This document shows, piece by piece, positions 17,618 through 26,551 of a stretch of 63,494 bases of DNA. This stretch comes from Rhodothermales bacterium (GTDB lineage: Bacteria; Bacteroidota; Rhodothermia; Rhodothermales; JABDKH01). The position numbers and the translations under genes are program-made. A model generated the notes under the pieces. That model did not search any database. It saw only the letters and a list, made by a program, of their open reading frames with translations, and was not told where the DNA came from. Within the stretch, counting starts at the first letter, position 1. Each line of letters starts with the position of its first letter. The DNA lies in assembly GCA_041609895.1 (NCBI GenBank), contig JBFIPX010000001.1:1-63494 (forward strand), written 5' to 3'.

Positions 17618-18256
17618 CTACAGATCGACCAACCGAACCGCAATCGAGAGAGTGAGCGACCAAACCCGGTTATTAATGTCTATCGGATCGGGGTCCGCGT
17701 CGACCGTTCTCGTTCCGATCGTGTACCGGCCTCCTATGGACGCCACAGCCCTACCAAGCTCTGCATCAACCCCAGCCCCAACGACCAGGCCAAAGTCCTG
17801 CGCTTCGACGTTGACGTCGAGTTCGTCACAATCGTAGTCGTCGTCATCTTCGCTGTCGTAGATCCAGCAGGCGGACTGGAAGGAAAGTGCCGGACCCGCG
17901 AGGAGGTGTGGGCGGATGAACCCGACGGGGCGAGGGGTCGTCAACTTGACAAGGAGCGGAACCTCGATATAGTCCACGTTGATGTCGGATTGAAACGGCG
18001 CCTCAATAACCGATACGCCCTTCTGCGAATAGACGACCTCGGGCCGGATGCTGAGATAGTCGAGTAATCCGACGGAAATGAACGCCCCACCGATGTAGGC
18101 AGAGCGCCGTTGCGTATCGCTGAACTCGGGATCATCCGTACTGACGCCGGACGAGTTCAGGCCGGCAACCACGCCGATCTCAAACGATTGGGCTGACACG
18201 GGTCCTCCAGAGATGGCAAGAATCCCGGCCAACACGAACACTGCGAGTTCTCTCAT
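17618..18256 (-). CDS. outer-membrane beta-barrel protein (porin-family / OMP_b-brl_2-like)
   Basis: Signal MRELAVFVLAGILAISGGPVSAQ. Alternating beta-strand pattern (FEIGVVAGLNSS..., YIGGAFISVGL..., GLVVGAGVDAEL..., WSLTLSIAVRL). Confidence 0.75.
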   Translation of the reverse strand: MRELAVFVLAGILAISGGPVSAQSFEIGVVAGLNSSGVSTDDPEFSDTQRRSAYIGGAFISVGLLDYLSIRPEVVYSQKGVSVIEAPFQSDINVDYIEVPLLVKLTTPRPVGFIRPHLLAGPALSFQSACWIYDSEDDDDYDCDELDVNVEAQDFGLVVGAGVDAELGRAVASIGGRYTIGTRTVDADPDPIDINNRVWSLTLSIAVRLVDL

Positions 18257-18328
18257 GAGTTCATCCTCCGCTTATTTCATGTCGCATACTCGGCTCCTAC
18301 TGTCTGCCTTGTCCCCCGACCCGACCGG

Positions 18329-18628
18329 TCACTTTGAACGTTTGCCTGCCCCGCCTCCACTGCCGCCGTAGAAAAACGTGGCGCCAAGCAGAAAGCCGAA
18401 GTCATACCATCCGCCGTTGTTGTGAACCTCGTAGATGGTCACGTTGTCCGAAAAGAGCGAAATGATGAAGGTGAACATCGAAATGAACCCGTGCCACAGC
18501 CCCTTCCAGAAGCCTGCCGTCGCGCCGATATCATTCGGCGTACCAGCAAGTTCGTTTGCTCCCGGCGCGCATCCGGCAAGCAGCAGCAAGGCGACAATGG
18601 CGATCGCCAGCACAATGGCCTTCTTCAT
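18329..18628 (-). CDS. small lipoprotein/membrane protein (99 aa)
   Basis: ATG 18628 gives MKKAIVLAIAIVALLLLAGC-A. Hydrophobic GFWKGLWHGFISMFTFIISLF segment. Gly-rich tail. Confidence 0.65.
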   Translation of the reverse strand: MKKAIVLAIAIVALLLLAGCAPGANELAGTPNDIGATAGFWKGLWHGFISMFTFIISLFSDNVTIYEVHNNGGWYDFGFLLGATFFYGGSGGGAGKRSK

Positions 18629-18693
18629 GATGAACCTCGCACGTAATTGCAACAGAGGTAAGACCTGTCCGTGGTCTCAACACGACTGCCATA

Positions 18694-18984
18694 CTATATC
18701 TCGCCGCAGGTGACCTTGATGTGCATGGGTGTGTAGATGCCAAAAGTCAAAGCTCCGACGAGCTGATTGACGAAACTCAGCCGCGTCTCAACACGGGCCA
18801 CGCCCGACTCGCACTTTTCCGTTACATCAATCTCTTTGGGAGGTACGAGCCCGTATATCCACGAATCTGCGAAAGTATCTTCGACGACCACGGTCGACGG
18901 CTTCATGTCTGCTGTTACAACTTGAGCATGATAGCAGCCGCCGAGTAGGAGCAGTGCTGTAAGGGACAATAGGAGCTTGTGCAT
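18694..18984 (-). CDS. Bor/Iss-family-like lipoprotein
   Basis: MHKLLLSLTALLLLGGC-Y lipobox. C-terminal VETRLSFVNQLVGALTFGIYTPMHIKVTC resembles the Bor family tail (TFxNGLLGxxTLGIYTPxxxxVxC). Confidence 0.6.
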   Translation of the reverse strand: MHKLLLSLTALLLLGGCYHAQVVTADMKPSTVVVEDTFADSWIYGLVPPKEIDVTEKCESGVARVETRLSFVNQLVGALTFGIYTPMHIKVTCGEI

Positions 18985-19362
18985 TGATTCGACCTCTTTA
19001 GATGTATAAGTAGCGGATCAGACGCTTCGACAGTTTCTCCTAACAATGAACTTGTCTGTCGTGAGCACCCACAGCCGTCGCGAGAAACGTAAGCAGGCCG
19101 CACCGCTAATCGGGATGCTAAATCTTCGAGGGAATTGGTCAAATAGGGGATTCCCTGAAAAGCTCGCCGTCGAGGGCCTTTCGCAGGGCGTCGATCCTGC
19201 TGGTCGGGAATTGACCTGGGGCTCGAGGGTTGTTGGGCCTCGGTGGGGATGAGGAACCGGGAATACGCCAGGCCAGATCCAAGTCGGTCAAGTCGGGAGA
19301 CCGATCAGGTTTGGCGGCTGAGATGATACAGGCGTTCCGTTAGCACTGGCGGATTGCCATGC

Positions 19363-19539
19363 CTACTCTTCGCGGATTACAGATTTCAGTTTCTCGAACA
19401 TCTCATCCGGGACCTCCTCGATTCCATGGGCATCTTTCGCATGTTCGGCAGCCATGGTAAGCAGTTCTTCTTGATTCTCGGCCTGAAGAACCCCGTCGCA
19501 GTCGAATCCGAGGTCCCGGCAGTGTATGGTCTTCGTCAT
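19363..19539 (-). CDS. DUF1059 domain protein (58 aa)
   Basis: ATG 19539 with GGAG upstream. MTKTIHCRDLGFDCDGVLQAENQEELLTMAAEHAKDAHG is the typical DUF1059 pattern. The upstream part of ORF 19363..19812 is not protein-like. Confidence 0.7.
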   Translation of the reverse strand: MTKTIHCRDLGFDCDGVLQAENQEELLTMAAEHAKDAHGIEEVPDEMFEKLKSVIREE

Positions 19540-19890
19540 TTGCGCTCCGTGTGCAGCGGTGATCTGTTGGCGGTAGTGCCAAAGAATGGAAGATTTCCCG
19601 ACAGTTGCAATCAGATTTGTCATCCTCGCAAAAATAAATGACGTGCGAGTTGTACGCGGGCTTGTGCTGCGTCCGGCGTCCTGTCGAGGATATACAGTCG
19701 CAGGCGGGTTCACATCCCGGGTTGCCACGAAGGCCGCGACGCGGGGATCAAGACGTTGGAGGAAGCTCAATCGTCGAATGGGCACCTCGAGCGGTCCGAA
19801 ACACCGGGCCAACTGTGGGATCCGCTGGTCAGTCTTGTCCGAGATTCAGGACGAAGGGACATGCCGCGTCAGCCGATTGGCTACAGAATC

Positions 19891-19910
19891 AGCTGTTGCG
19901 ACAGCTTTTG
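19891..19910 (+). terminator. orphan hairpin plus U-tract with no ORF upstream
   Basis: agctgt-tgcg-acagct followed by tttt. Preceded by a second small hairpin, agcc-gatt-ggct. Confidence 0.4.
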
Positions 19911-20088
19911 TGTGGACAACTTGTGAAGTCAAGACGGTCGGAACATGCTTTGTCCCTGGGCAGGTCGGTCACATAGCGTGACCCGATCGATGGCACGTTT
20001 CGCCACCCGAGCGCAGGTAAGCGCTTTGGGCTTCTACGGGGCATCGAGCGCATGTCGCACATAATCTACGGAGGTACCGCAGCAAAAA

Positions 20089-21150
20089 ATGAAGATGCTT
20101 CGGAACACAATTACAATCGCCGTGCTCGGCACTTTCGCCTTCAGCACGGCCCAAGCTCAGGATTCAATCAGTCTGCCGGAGAGCGCGAAGGCGGGCGAGT
20201 GTTACGCGCGAGTGACGACGCCGCCCCAGTTCAAGACCGAATCGGAGCGCGTCCTCAAGCGGGACGCAAGCTATCGCATCGAGGTCATTCCGGCGACTTT
20301 CAAGACAATGACTGAGCGCGTCCTGGTCAAAGAAGGTGGGGAGAAGATCATTCTCGTCGACGAGGCCGGCAATCCGCTCAAGGGTAACGTGAAGCCGGTC
20401 GTTCGTACGCTGGCTGACGGCACCGTTGAGGTGAGTCCGACCGGCTATACGACGGTCACCGAACGCGTCCTCATCCAGGACGCGTATGACACGATTCAGG
20501 AAGTCTCTCCTGCGTCGTACGAGACGGTGACGGAAAGAGTGATGGTCTCGCCGGCACGGACTGAGTGGAAGCCGACGAGTGGACGGATCTATGGTAACGC
20601 AGTCGCAGACGGCTCGGGCGAGCTGATCACCAAATCAGACGCCAAGACGGGCGAGATCATGTGTCTCGTCGAGATCCCGGCTGAGTACAAGACGGTTACC
20701 AAGCGCGTGCTGAAAGAGCCTGCGAAGACTCGGACAGCCACGGTACCGGCTGAGTACAAGACGGTGACCAAGCAGATTCCGACGAAGGTGTACACGAAGA
20801 CGGTAACGACGCCTCCGGTCTACGACACGGTGACGCGTAAGGTGATTGACCGTGAGGCTTCCGAGCGCCGAATCGAAATCCCCGCTGAGTACGAAACGGT
20901 CACGCGACGCGTCAAGGTCGCTGACGGTGAGGTGAAGTGGATGCCGGTTCTGTGCGAGCAGAACGTCACCCGGTCGACCGTGATGGACCTGCAGCGGGCC
21001 CTGAAGGCGAAGGGTTACGACCCCGGCGCCATCGACGGTGCGCTCGGGCAAGGCACGATGGACGCGATCCTGAAGTATCAGCGTGCTGAGGGCCTCGCGA
21101 CCGGTGAACTCACTCTGCAGACGCTGAACAAGCTTGGAGTCAGCCTGTAG
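20089..21150 (+). CDS. secreted repeat protein (7 x [Y/F]xT[V/M]T[E/K/R][R/Q/K][V/I]) with C-terminal peptidoglycan-binding domain (PG_binding_1)
   Basis: Signal MKMLRNTITIAVLGTFAFSTAQA. Repeats FKTMTERV, YTTVTERV, YETVTERV, YKTVTKRV, YKTVTKQI, YDTVTRKV, YETVTRRV. Tail VMDLQRALKAKGYDPGAIDGALGQGTMDAILKYQRAEGL. Confidence 0.85.
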   Translation: MKMLRNTITIAVLGTFAFSTAQAQDSISLPESAKAGECYARVTTPPQFKTESERVLKRDASYRIEVIPATFKTMTERVLVKEGGEKIILVDEAGNPLKGNVKPVVRTLADGTVEVSPTGYTTVTERVLIQDAYDTIQEVSPASYETVTERVMVSPARTEWKPTSGRIYGNAVADGSGELITKSDAKTGEIMCLVEIPAEYKTVTKRVLKEPAKTRTATVPAEYKTVTKQIPTKVYTKTVTTPPVYDTVTRKVIDREASERRIEIPAEYETVTRRVKVADGEVKWMPVLCEQNVTRSTVMDLQRALKAKGYDPGAIDGALGQGTMDAILKYQRAEGLATGELTLQTLNKLGVSL

Positions 21151-21175
21151 CGCCTAGCTTTCTGAAGGCAACGAG

Positions 21176-21213
21176 ACGGGTCCTGGTAGGCAACCAGGGC
21201 CCGTTTTCTTTTT
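21176..21213 (+). terminator. strong intrinsic terminator of 20089..21150
   Basis: 11-bp stem (21176-21186 with 21194-21204, one G-U pair), 7-nt loop, then ttttcttttt. Confidence 0.85.
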
Positions 21214-21368
21214 ATGTCTGGCCGATCAACGACCACGACGCTCTCGGGAATCAAAACTCGTTGGGCAAGAGTCTCAGTTGGTCAGAACCACGTTGGGTAC
21301 ACGGTATCAGCTTCTTGCCAACCCGTAGGGTTGGCGCATGGGAGGCCGAGGATTTCATCCGTTTCAGA

Positions 21369-22124
21369 TCAGGGTCCAACGCCCGGCTGCAGTTGCGCGT
21401 GCAGGCCCACCTTACTGAGGCAATTCAGTGGTTTGAAGAAGCCTGTCTGCGAGCCTTCGGCATTGATCAGAGTTCCCTGGATAATCCCTACGATCTTGCC
21501 GGAAGCGATCTCGACGATCGGCGATCCGGAAGATCCCTGTTCGAAGGGCTCATCGACCTGTACAATCAGGTTTCCCGGGCATTCACCAATACCGGAGGAC
21601 GTTGGCGGATCGCCTATCCATGCATAGCCTAATACCGTTCCTTCCTTCCGCACGAGGTCCCCGTCAAATTTCCGAATCCAGAAGAGGCGATCTCCGGTGT
21701 CGAGTGACACGTTGACGTCGAGGGCTACGTCGTTACACTCAGACTCGCACAGCTCCGGTGGCAGCTCGAAAACAGCGAGGTCTTCCGTGGGATCCCCGAA
21801 CACAGGGTTGATCACAACGCCGTCAAGAAAACTGGTCCTTCGCACGACCCCGTCGGCTCTGTACGGCTCCAAATTATGGTTGACCGTCAGATATCGTGAG
21901 CCCGCGACGAATCCGCTGCCGTCATTGTGCTCGACGCGGCCGTCTGAAAACTCAGTCACCGTCGAGATCGGCCGAATTATCTTGCTCAGCAAATTCGAGT
22001 CGACGCGATCTGCAACAGGCGCAGCGGCTAAAGTGATAGGTATTCGATTCGAGAGCGGCACCGGCTCGGCAAACATAAGGAGTATTGCTACGAGCAAGGC
22101 CAGCTGTTGCGGAGTTAGAAGCAT
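21369..22124 (-). CDS. trypsin-like (S1/S1C-type) serine peptidase
   Basis: Signal-like N-terminus. Candidate triad YLTVNHNL (His), EDLAVFEL (Asp), FEQGSSGSPIV (Ser). Confidence 0.7.
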   Translation of the reverse strand: MLLTPQQLALLVAILLMFAEPVPLSNRIPITLAAAPVADRVDSNLLSKIIRPISTVTEFSDGRVEHNDGSGFVAGSRYLTVNHNLEPYRADGVVRRTSFLDGVVINPVFGDPTEDLAVFELPPELCESECNDVALDVNVSLDTGDRLFWIRKFDGDLVRKEGTVLGYAWIGDPPTSSGIGECPGNLIVQVDEPFEQGSSGSPIVEIASGKIVGIIQGTLINAEGSQTGFFKPLNCLSKVGLHAQLQPGVGP

Positions 22125-22370
22125 GCGGACCTCTCAAAAGCTCCGGACTTCGTTGTATTTGCGACGTGCTTCGGCCAAATATTGACCAGCCACGTAAACT
22201 GGACTATCGGCGATCGCGGGTCGACGTTTAAAGCCACTTAGCGCTCCGCGGGTACTTGTTCACGTGGCGACTGGCAGGACTAGCTGGCCTTATCATTGAT
22301 TTGATGCTTGCTTTTATGCTCGAAATAGCTGATTCATTGATCTTGCTCGTCATCCGATCTGGAGGAACTC

Positions 22371-22931
22371 ATGGTATCTGTCATTGCTCTGTGGCTGCCA
22401 ATTCTTGTGGCGGCCGTTCTAGTATTCATTGCGAGCTCCGTAATTCATATGGTATTGGGGTACCATCGCAATGACTTCCACAAGGTCCCTCAGGAAGATC
22501 AGGTGATGGAGGATCTCCGTAAGTACGAAATACCTCCTGGCGACTATGTCATTCCTTGTGAGACGGACCCAAAGGCAAGGCAGGAGCCGGCATTTTTGGA
22601 GAAGGCCGAGAAAGGCCCGGTCGCTTTCCTGACAGTCTTCGAATCCGGCGTCCCTTCAATGACTAAACCGTTGGTTTTTTGGTTTGTGTACTGCCTTGTA
22701 GTTGGCATCTTTGCAGCCTACATCTCCGGTCGAGCTCTGGCTGAGGGAGCTGAATATCTGCAGGTCTTCCGGTTCGCCGGTTGTACGGCCTTTGTTGGAT
22801 ATGCCCTGGCCCTGTGGCAGAATTCGATTTGGTACAAGCGATCCTGGGGCCTGACCCTGAAGTCGACGTTTGACGGCCTCATCTATGCCCTCATCACCGG
22901 CGGGACATTCGGGTGGCTCTGGCCAGGCTGA
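22371..22931 (+). CDS. conserved-looking hypothetical membrane protein (about 4 TM)
   Basis: GGAGGA upstream of ATG. Hydrophobic helices at the N-terminus, middle and C-terminus. No family named. Confidence 0.7.
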   Translation: MVSVIALWLPILVAAVLVFIASSVIHMVLGYHRNDFHKVPQEDQVMEDLRKYEIPPGDYVIPCETDPKARQEPAFLEKAEKGPVAFLTVFESGVPSMTKPLVFWFVYCLVVGIFAAYISGRALAEGAEYLQVFRFAGCTAFVGYALALWQNSIWYKRSWGLTLKSTFDGLIYALITGGTFGWLWPG

Positions 22932-23112
22932 TCCACACTATTGCATGGGACCTGATCGGTTCACCACACGACGGTGTCCTGTATTCAGAATGTCAGGACG
23001 TCTGGCTGCTTCGTTGAAAGTATGCTCCTGCCGGGAAGACGGTAACGACGTCACGTCGCCGTAATCCCCTGTGCGATGCTGATTGTCGGTCGGATCCGAG
23101 TGCCTGTGGCCG

Positions 23113-24168
23113 CTAGTCGGCGTAAACGGGGGTCTCTGAAGCGGCCAGAATCCGTAACAGGTCCTTGTCGCTAACTTCGAGCAACTTGCTGGACGGAAGT
23201 CGCTTGGTAAGTGTTCGCCAATTGGGGTCGTTCGCGAATACGTCGGCGAAGACGGGCAGAGAGTCCTCGACCAGACCCTTGTTTGCGAGGGCGACAGCAA
23301 ACCAATATCGCATCTCCGGGTTTTCGGGGTTTAGGTCGGCCGCTTTACCGTATTCGCGGAGGGCAGTCTCGATCTCGTCATTTTCGAGCGCCTCATCGCC
23401 TGCATTCATGTGTTCGTAGGCGCGATGTATGCGAAGAAGACGCGCGAGATCGGCCAACGGAGTCGGGCTGTCGTCGACTCTCAGATCGACCGCTCGGCCA
23501 GCCCATGGTCCCTCAGCTTTGTCAGCGTCGACCACAATCAGAGCGGCTGACTGTTTCCCTCTGATGTCACCGCCAGCCGCCTGGCCGGCTTCGAGGGCCA
23601 AGAGAAGCCGCTCGGCGAGTGGCCCCCGCGATGCTTCGAACGCATCGGCCATCTCGGACCATACACGATCCGTCAACATCATGTTGGCCTGCACGCTAAA
23701 GTCGTCGCCCATCAGGTGGCCCGCGTGTTGTATGCAGCGCTCACCAGTCCATGCGGCGACTTCGCCATTCGCGGCGATCACTGCAGCCTGTCGTAGATCT
23801 CTTCCCTCATCCGCGGCGATAAGGCTGTCGAGAGTTTCCTGCGCCGTCATGCCCGACTCAAGCATGGCGAGACCGCGAGGCCCGAAGGATGGGTTTGTGA
23901 AAGACTGCGTTGCTACAGCCCCGACACCGGCACGGGCCCACGATACCCGTCGGCCGACGGCAAACCAATGCGTCTGAACCGCAACTCCCAGTTGCCCTGT
24001 TGCCGCGTCGCGTGCGACAATGGAATAGGTGTGTGAGAGGTCCGTGGCGGGGTGAGGTGCTGACGCATCCTGCCCGCGCACAGACAAGCTGGTTGTACTG
24101 GCGATGCCAAGCAGCAGGACGAGTGCCCAACTGAAGTTTTGGGTCATGGCTAGGAAGAGTTTGTTCAA
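23113..24168 (-). CDS. DUF1028 (Ntn-hydrolase fold) protein with C-terminal TPR-like region
   Basis: After a signal peptide, the TYSIVARDAATGQLGVAVQTHWFAVG signature of DUF1028. The ORF start at 24168 is TTG; ATG at 24147 (MTQNFSWALVLLL...) is an alternative. Confidence 0.8.
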   Translation of the reverse strand: MNKLFLAMTQNFSWALVLLLGIASTTSLSVRGQDASAPHPATDLSHTYSIVARDAATGQLGVAVQTHWFAVGRRVSWARAGVGAVATQSFTNPSFGPRGLAMLESGMTAQETLDSLIAADEGRDLRQAAVIAANGEVAAWTGERCIQHAGHLMGDDFSVQANMMLTDRVWSEMADAFEASRGPLAERLLLALEAGQAAGGDIRGKQSAALIVVDADKAEGPWAGRAVDLRVDDSPTPLADLARLLRIHRAYEHMNAGDEALENDEIETALREYGKAADLNPENPEMRYWFAVALANKGLVEDSLPVFADVFANDPNWRTLTKRLPSSKLLEVSDKDLLRILAASETPVYAD

Positions 24169-24235
24169 TCCTGGAATAGCATTTTAGCCATCGAGACGAT
24201 GAAAATCGCCTCCACGTAACGCATGGACCTCGACG

Positions 24236-24847
24236 TTGGCGTCTACCAAAGATCAATACTACGCAGCTTGGGGCGGAATCAGCCACCACAGGCCGTCGGG
24301 CAACAATATTCAGCCCAACCGAGATCTCGAAAACGCGATTCTTGCGAGTTTAAGAGGCCACTCGAACGGGCAACAAACAAAGGATTGGCAGTCCTTGGGA
24401 CAGCAACAGCTCATATTGTTGGTACTTAGCCTCGTGATTGTCGGGCTTGCCATCGTGGTGGGAATCAGGGCCTTTAAGGAGAACGCCACGCGGGCCAACG
24501 CAGACGTACTCGTGCAGGACGTCATTGAGATAGCAGTGGATGCGATCGTTTGGAAAGTCTCTCCAGCCCAGTTCGGGGGACAGAAGGATGGCGCATGTAA
24601 GGCGAACCCTTCGTGTTTTCAGGGGCTGAACTTCCACAAATTGGGCTATGGAGAGAAGGGCAATCCCTTCCGATACGAGGGGCCCGATGGAACCTTCCGA
24701 ATCGTCGAACGAAAAGATGCACTCGGAGTCAAAGCCTGCAACACCAGGAACGGCAACAAATTCATTGTTGAATTCCGTGGCATTGATCGCGACTCAATCG
24801 TCCTGGTAACGAGCGCTATCGGCACGGACTACAATTGTACTGACTAG
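24236..24847 (+). CDS. pilin-like hypothetical protein with N-terminal hydrophobic helix but no canonical prepilin motif
   Basis: G-QQQLILLVLSLVIVGLAIVVGIRAFKENATRANADVLVQDV resembles a type IV (pseudo)pilin N-terminal helix but lacks Phe1/Glu5. The real start may be TTG 24395 (AAGGA at 10 nt), giving 150 aa. Confidence 0.55.
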   Translation: MASTKDQYYAAWGGISHHRPSGNNIQPNRDLENAILASLRGHSNGQQTKDWQSLGQQQLILLVLSLVIVGLAIVVGIRAFKENATRANADVLVQDVIEIAVDAIVWKVSPAQFGGQKDGACKANPSCFQGLNFHKLGYGEKGNPFRYEGPDGTFRIVERKDALGVKACNTRNGNKFIVEFRGIDRDSIVLVTSAIGTDYNCTD

Positions 24848-24909
24848 TACAGCGGTGGGCCGACGATGCGTCACTCAGGCCCGATTGGCAGGGGCAGCAG
24901 TGGCCGTGA

Positions 24910-25260
24910 CTAGTTTCCGGCTGCACTTCGCGCTGCCTGGGTTGCTTGATCAGCGTGTGACTGCATGTCTTTGATCGTGTTCTGCTGCTGCTGCGCCACA
25001 CCATGATCGACGCCGGGACTCGGGGTCGGTCCGGTGATGTCCGGTCGAAGAAGTTCTGGCCTGCGGACAGAGACCTTTCGCCAATTGTCCACGCCCTCCT
25101 TTACGTATACCTCGCCACTGATGCGGTCCACACGGTAGACAACGTTGCCCAACTGTTCCGCGAATCGACCCTCGCCGGGTCCGTACTCCTGGTAAGGCGT
25201 GGGCCATACGAAATAGCCGACGACACCGAGCAGGATTATGAATAACAAGAACTTTCGCAT
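24910..25260 (-). CDS. small membrane-anchored hypothetical protein (116 aa)
   Basis: ATG 25260 gives MRKFLLFIILLGVVGYFVWP (N-terminal TM helix). Confidence 0.6.
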   Translation of the reverse strand: MRKFLLFIILLGVVGYFVWPTPYQEYGPGEGRFAEQLGNVVYRVDRISGEVYVKEGVDNWRKVSVRRPELLRPDITGPTPSPGVDHGVAQQQQNTIKDMQSHADQATQAARSAAGN

Positions 25261-25550
25261 GGTCGCAATCCAGCTGCTGATTTGACTCAATATCGGTTGT
25301 AACAACCGCATTTGTAACAGCCGTGCTTCGGAGACTATGAGAGGCTATTGACTTGCGCTGCGAATCTAACTCTTCGTCGACCCTCCGCTGCTTAGCGCGA
25401 AGGACCTGTTTCCATGCTAAAACACTTATTTATCTTGCTACAACACCTATTCATGTAGTGGAGCGCCAGGTCGGCGACTGCCGCCGCCGTCGTTGACCGA
25501 TCAGCTGCACCCCCAGGCAGACCGCCGACCCTGCGCCTCCCCCTGTCGGC

Positions 25551-26222
25551 TTACGGGCCGACGAAGTCGCCCAGTCTGTTGGCAGCGTCGAGAATTCGAC
25601 CATGTTTGAGCATCAGGCTCGGATTCCGAGCTGCTTTGTCGTCCTTCCCGTTGCTGCATTTGGTGCACACCCGTGCGGCCCATTCTCTCGCTCGAACTGA
25701 CGTAGCTCGCGCTGCCTTCGCAAGTCGGTCGCGGGACCACTCGCCCGTAAGATGTCCAAAGGCGCGGTGAAGCAGCTCGGCGTCCGGGTTCTCGTTTCGA
25801 ACTAGAAGGTGGCTGTAGTACCCGATTGTAGCCGAACTCGGGTTGGATTCGTCGAGAAGTCTCCGGAGGATTCCATGTGCGGCAAACTGTTCCAGGTATG
25901 ACGTCAATGGTGAATCGGACTGCGAGCTAAGAATCCGTTTGATTCGAATGCTCTTTTCCTGCGTTGGACCATCGGCCTCCAGTATGTCGACGAGCTGCGC
26001 CCGTAGCAGACCGTACTCTTCCTGTAGGGACGCGCGTTGCTGTGACGCGAAGGCGGCGAGAGCAGTACTGTTTGGGTTCCCGTAGGGTATCACTTCGGAA
26101 AACGAAGCCGCTGGAGTCGGGGAGGTAACTGGCTCCGATTGTAACGTCGAACCCGGGTCGCAGCCGGCGAAGGCGATGACAGACGCCAGTGACACGACAA
26201 AGAGTGATATGGGTAGGCGCAT
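25551..26222 (-). CDS. hypothetical lipoprotein (223 aa)
   Basis: ATG 26222 gives MRLPISLFVVSLASVIAFAGC-D lipobox. The rest looks helical. No family named. Confidence 0.6.
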   Translation of the reverse strand: MRLPISLFVVSLASVIAFAGCDPGSTLQSEPVTSPTPAASFSEVIPYGNPNSTALAAFASQQRASLQEEYGLLRAQLVDILEADGPTQEKSIRIKRILSSQSDSPLTSYLEQFAAHGILRRLLDESNPSSATIGYYSHLLVRNENPDAELLHRAFGHLTGEWSRDRLAKAARATSVRAREWAARVCTKCSNGKDDKAARNPSLMLKHGRILDAANRLGDFVGP

Positions 26223-26305
26223 GGTGGTCTCCCTAATTGAAGTGTTGTAGTCATTTTGGTTTTTGATCGTGAGAGTGCGTCCCGCGAGCGTGAGACGGGC
26301 GGAGG

Positions 26306-26551
26306 CTACGCGAAGTACACGCACTCCGAGCCAGCCCCGATACTTCCGCCGAATCCGCTCTGCTCATAAATGAACTCGCCCCCGCACCATAGAGCACTGA
26401 AGTCGTAGGGTGTGTAGCGATAGTCGAAGATGTAGAGCGTACACCCGGGGTAGTCCGCGTAGCAGATTCGGAGCAAGTCCTGCGCAATTGTGCCCACTGG
26501 CTGGATGGCAAAAAGCGCTAGCAGCGTAGCTCCGGCAAACACTCTTTTCAT
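26306..26551 (-). CDS. small secreted Cys-containing protein (81 aa)
   Basis: ATG 26551 with GAGAGG upstream. Signal MKRVFAGATLLALFAIQPVGTIAQ. Mature part has 4 Cys and is aromatic-rich. The in-frame upstream extension to 26836 is Arg-rich and not protein-like. Confidence 0.5.
   Translation of the reverse strand: MKRVFAGATLLALFAIQPVGTIAQDLLRICYADYPGCTLYIFDYRYTPYDFSALWCGGEFIYEQSGFGGSIGAGSECVYFA

Noticed and set aside
19129-19161. Hairpin gggaat...attccc followed by tgaaaag, resembling agggattt...aaatccct gaaag at 1474-1515.
   Set aside because: The similarity is limited to about 10 nt (TCCCTGAAA) plus a generic hairpin, and the flanks do not align. It may be chance, so I did not call it a repeat family.
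19162-19338. Start-less minus-strand frame ending ...QFPTSRIDALRKALDGELFRESPI*, downstream of the DUF1059 gene.
   Set aside because: It has no ATG or GTG start (only a TTG 50 codons from the end), a Pro/Ser-rich low-complexity N-terminal part and no family resemblance.
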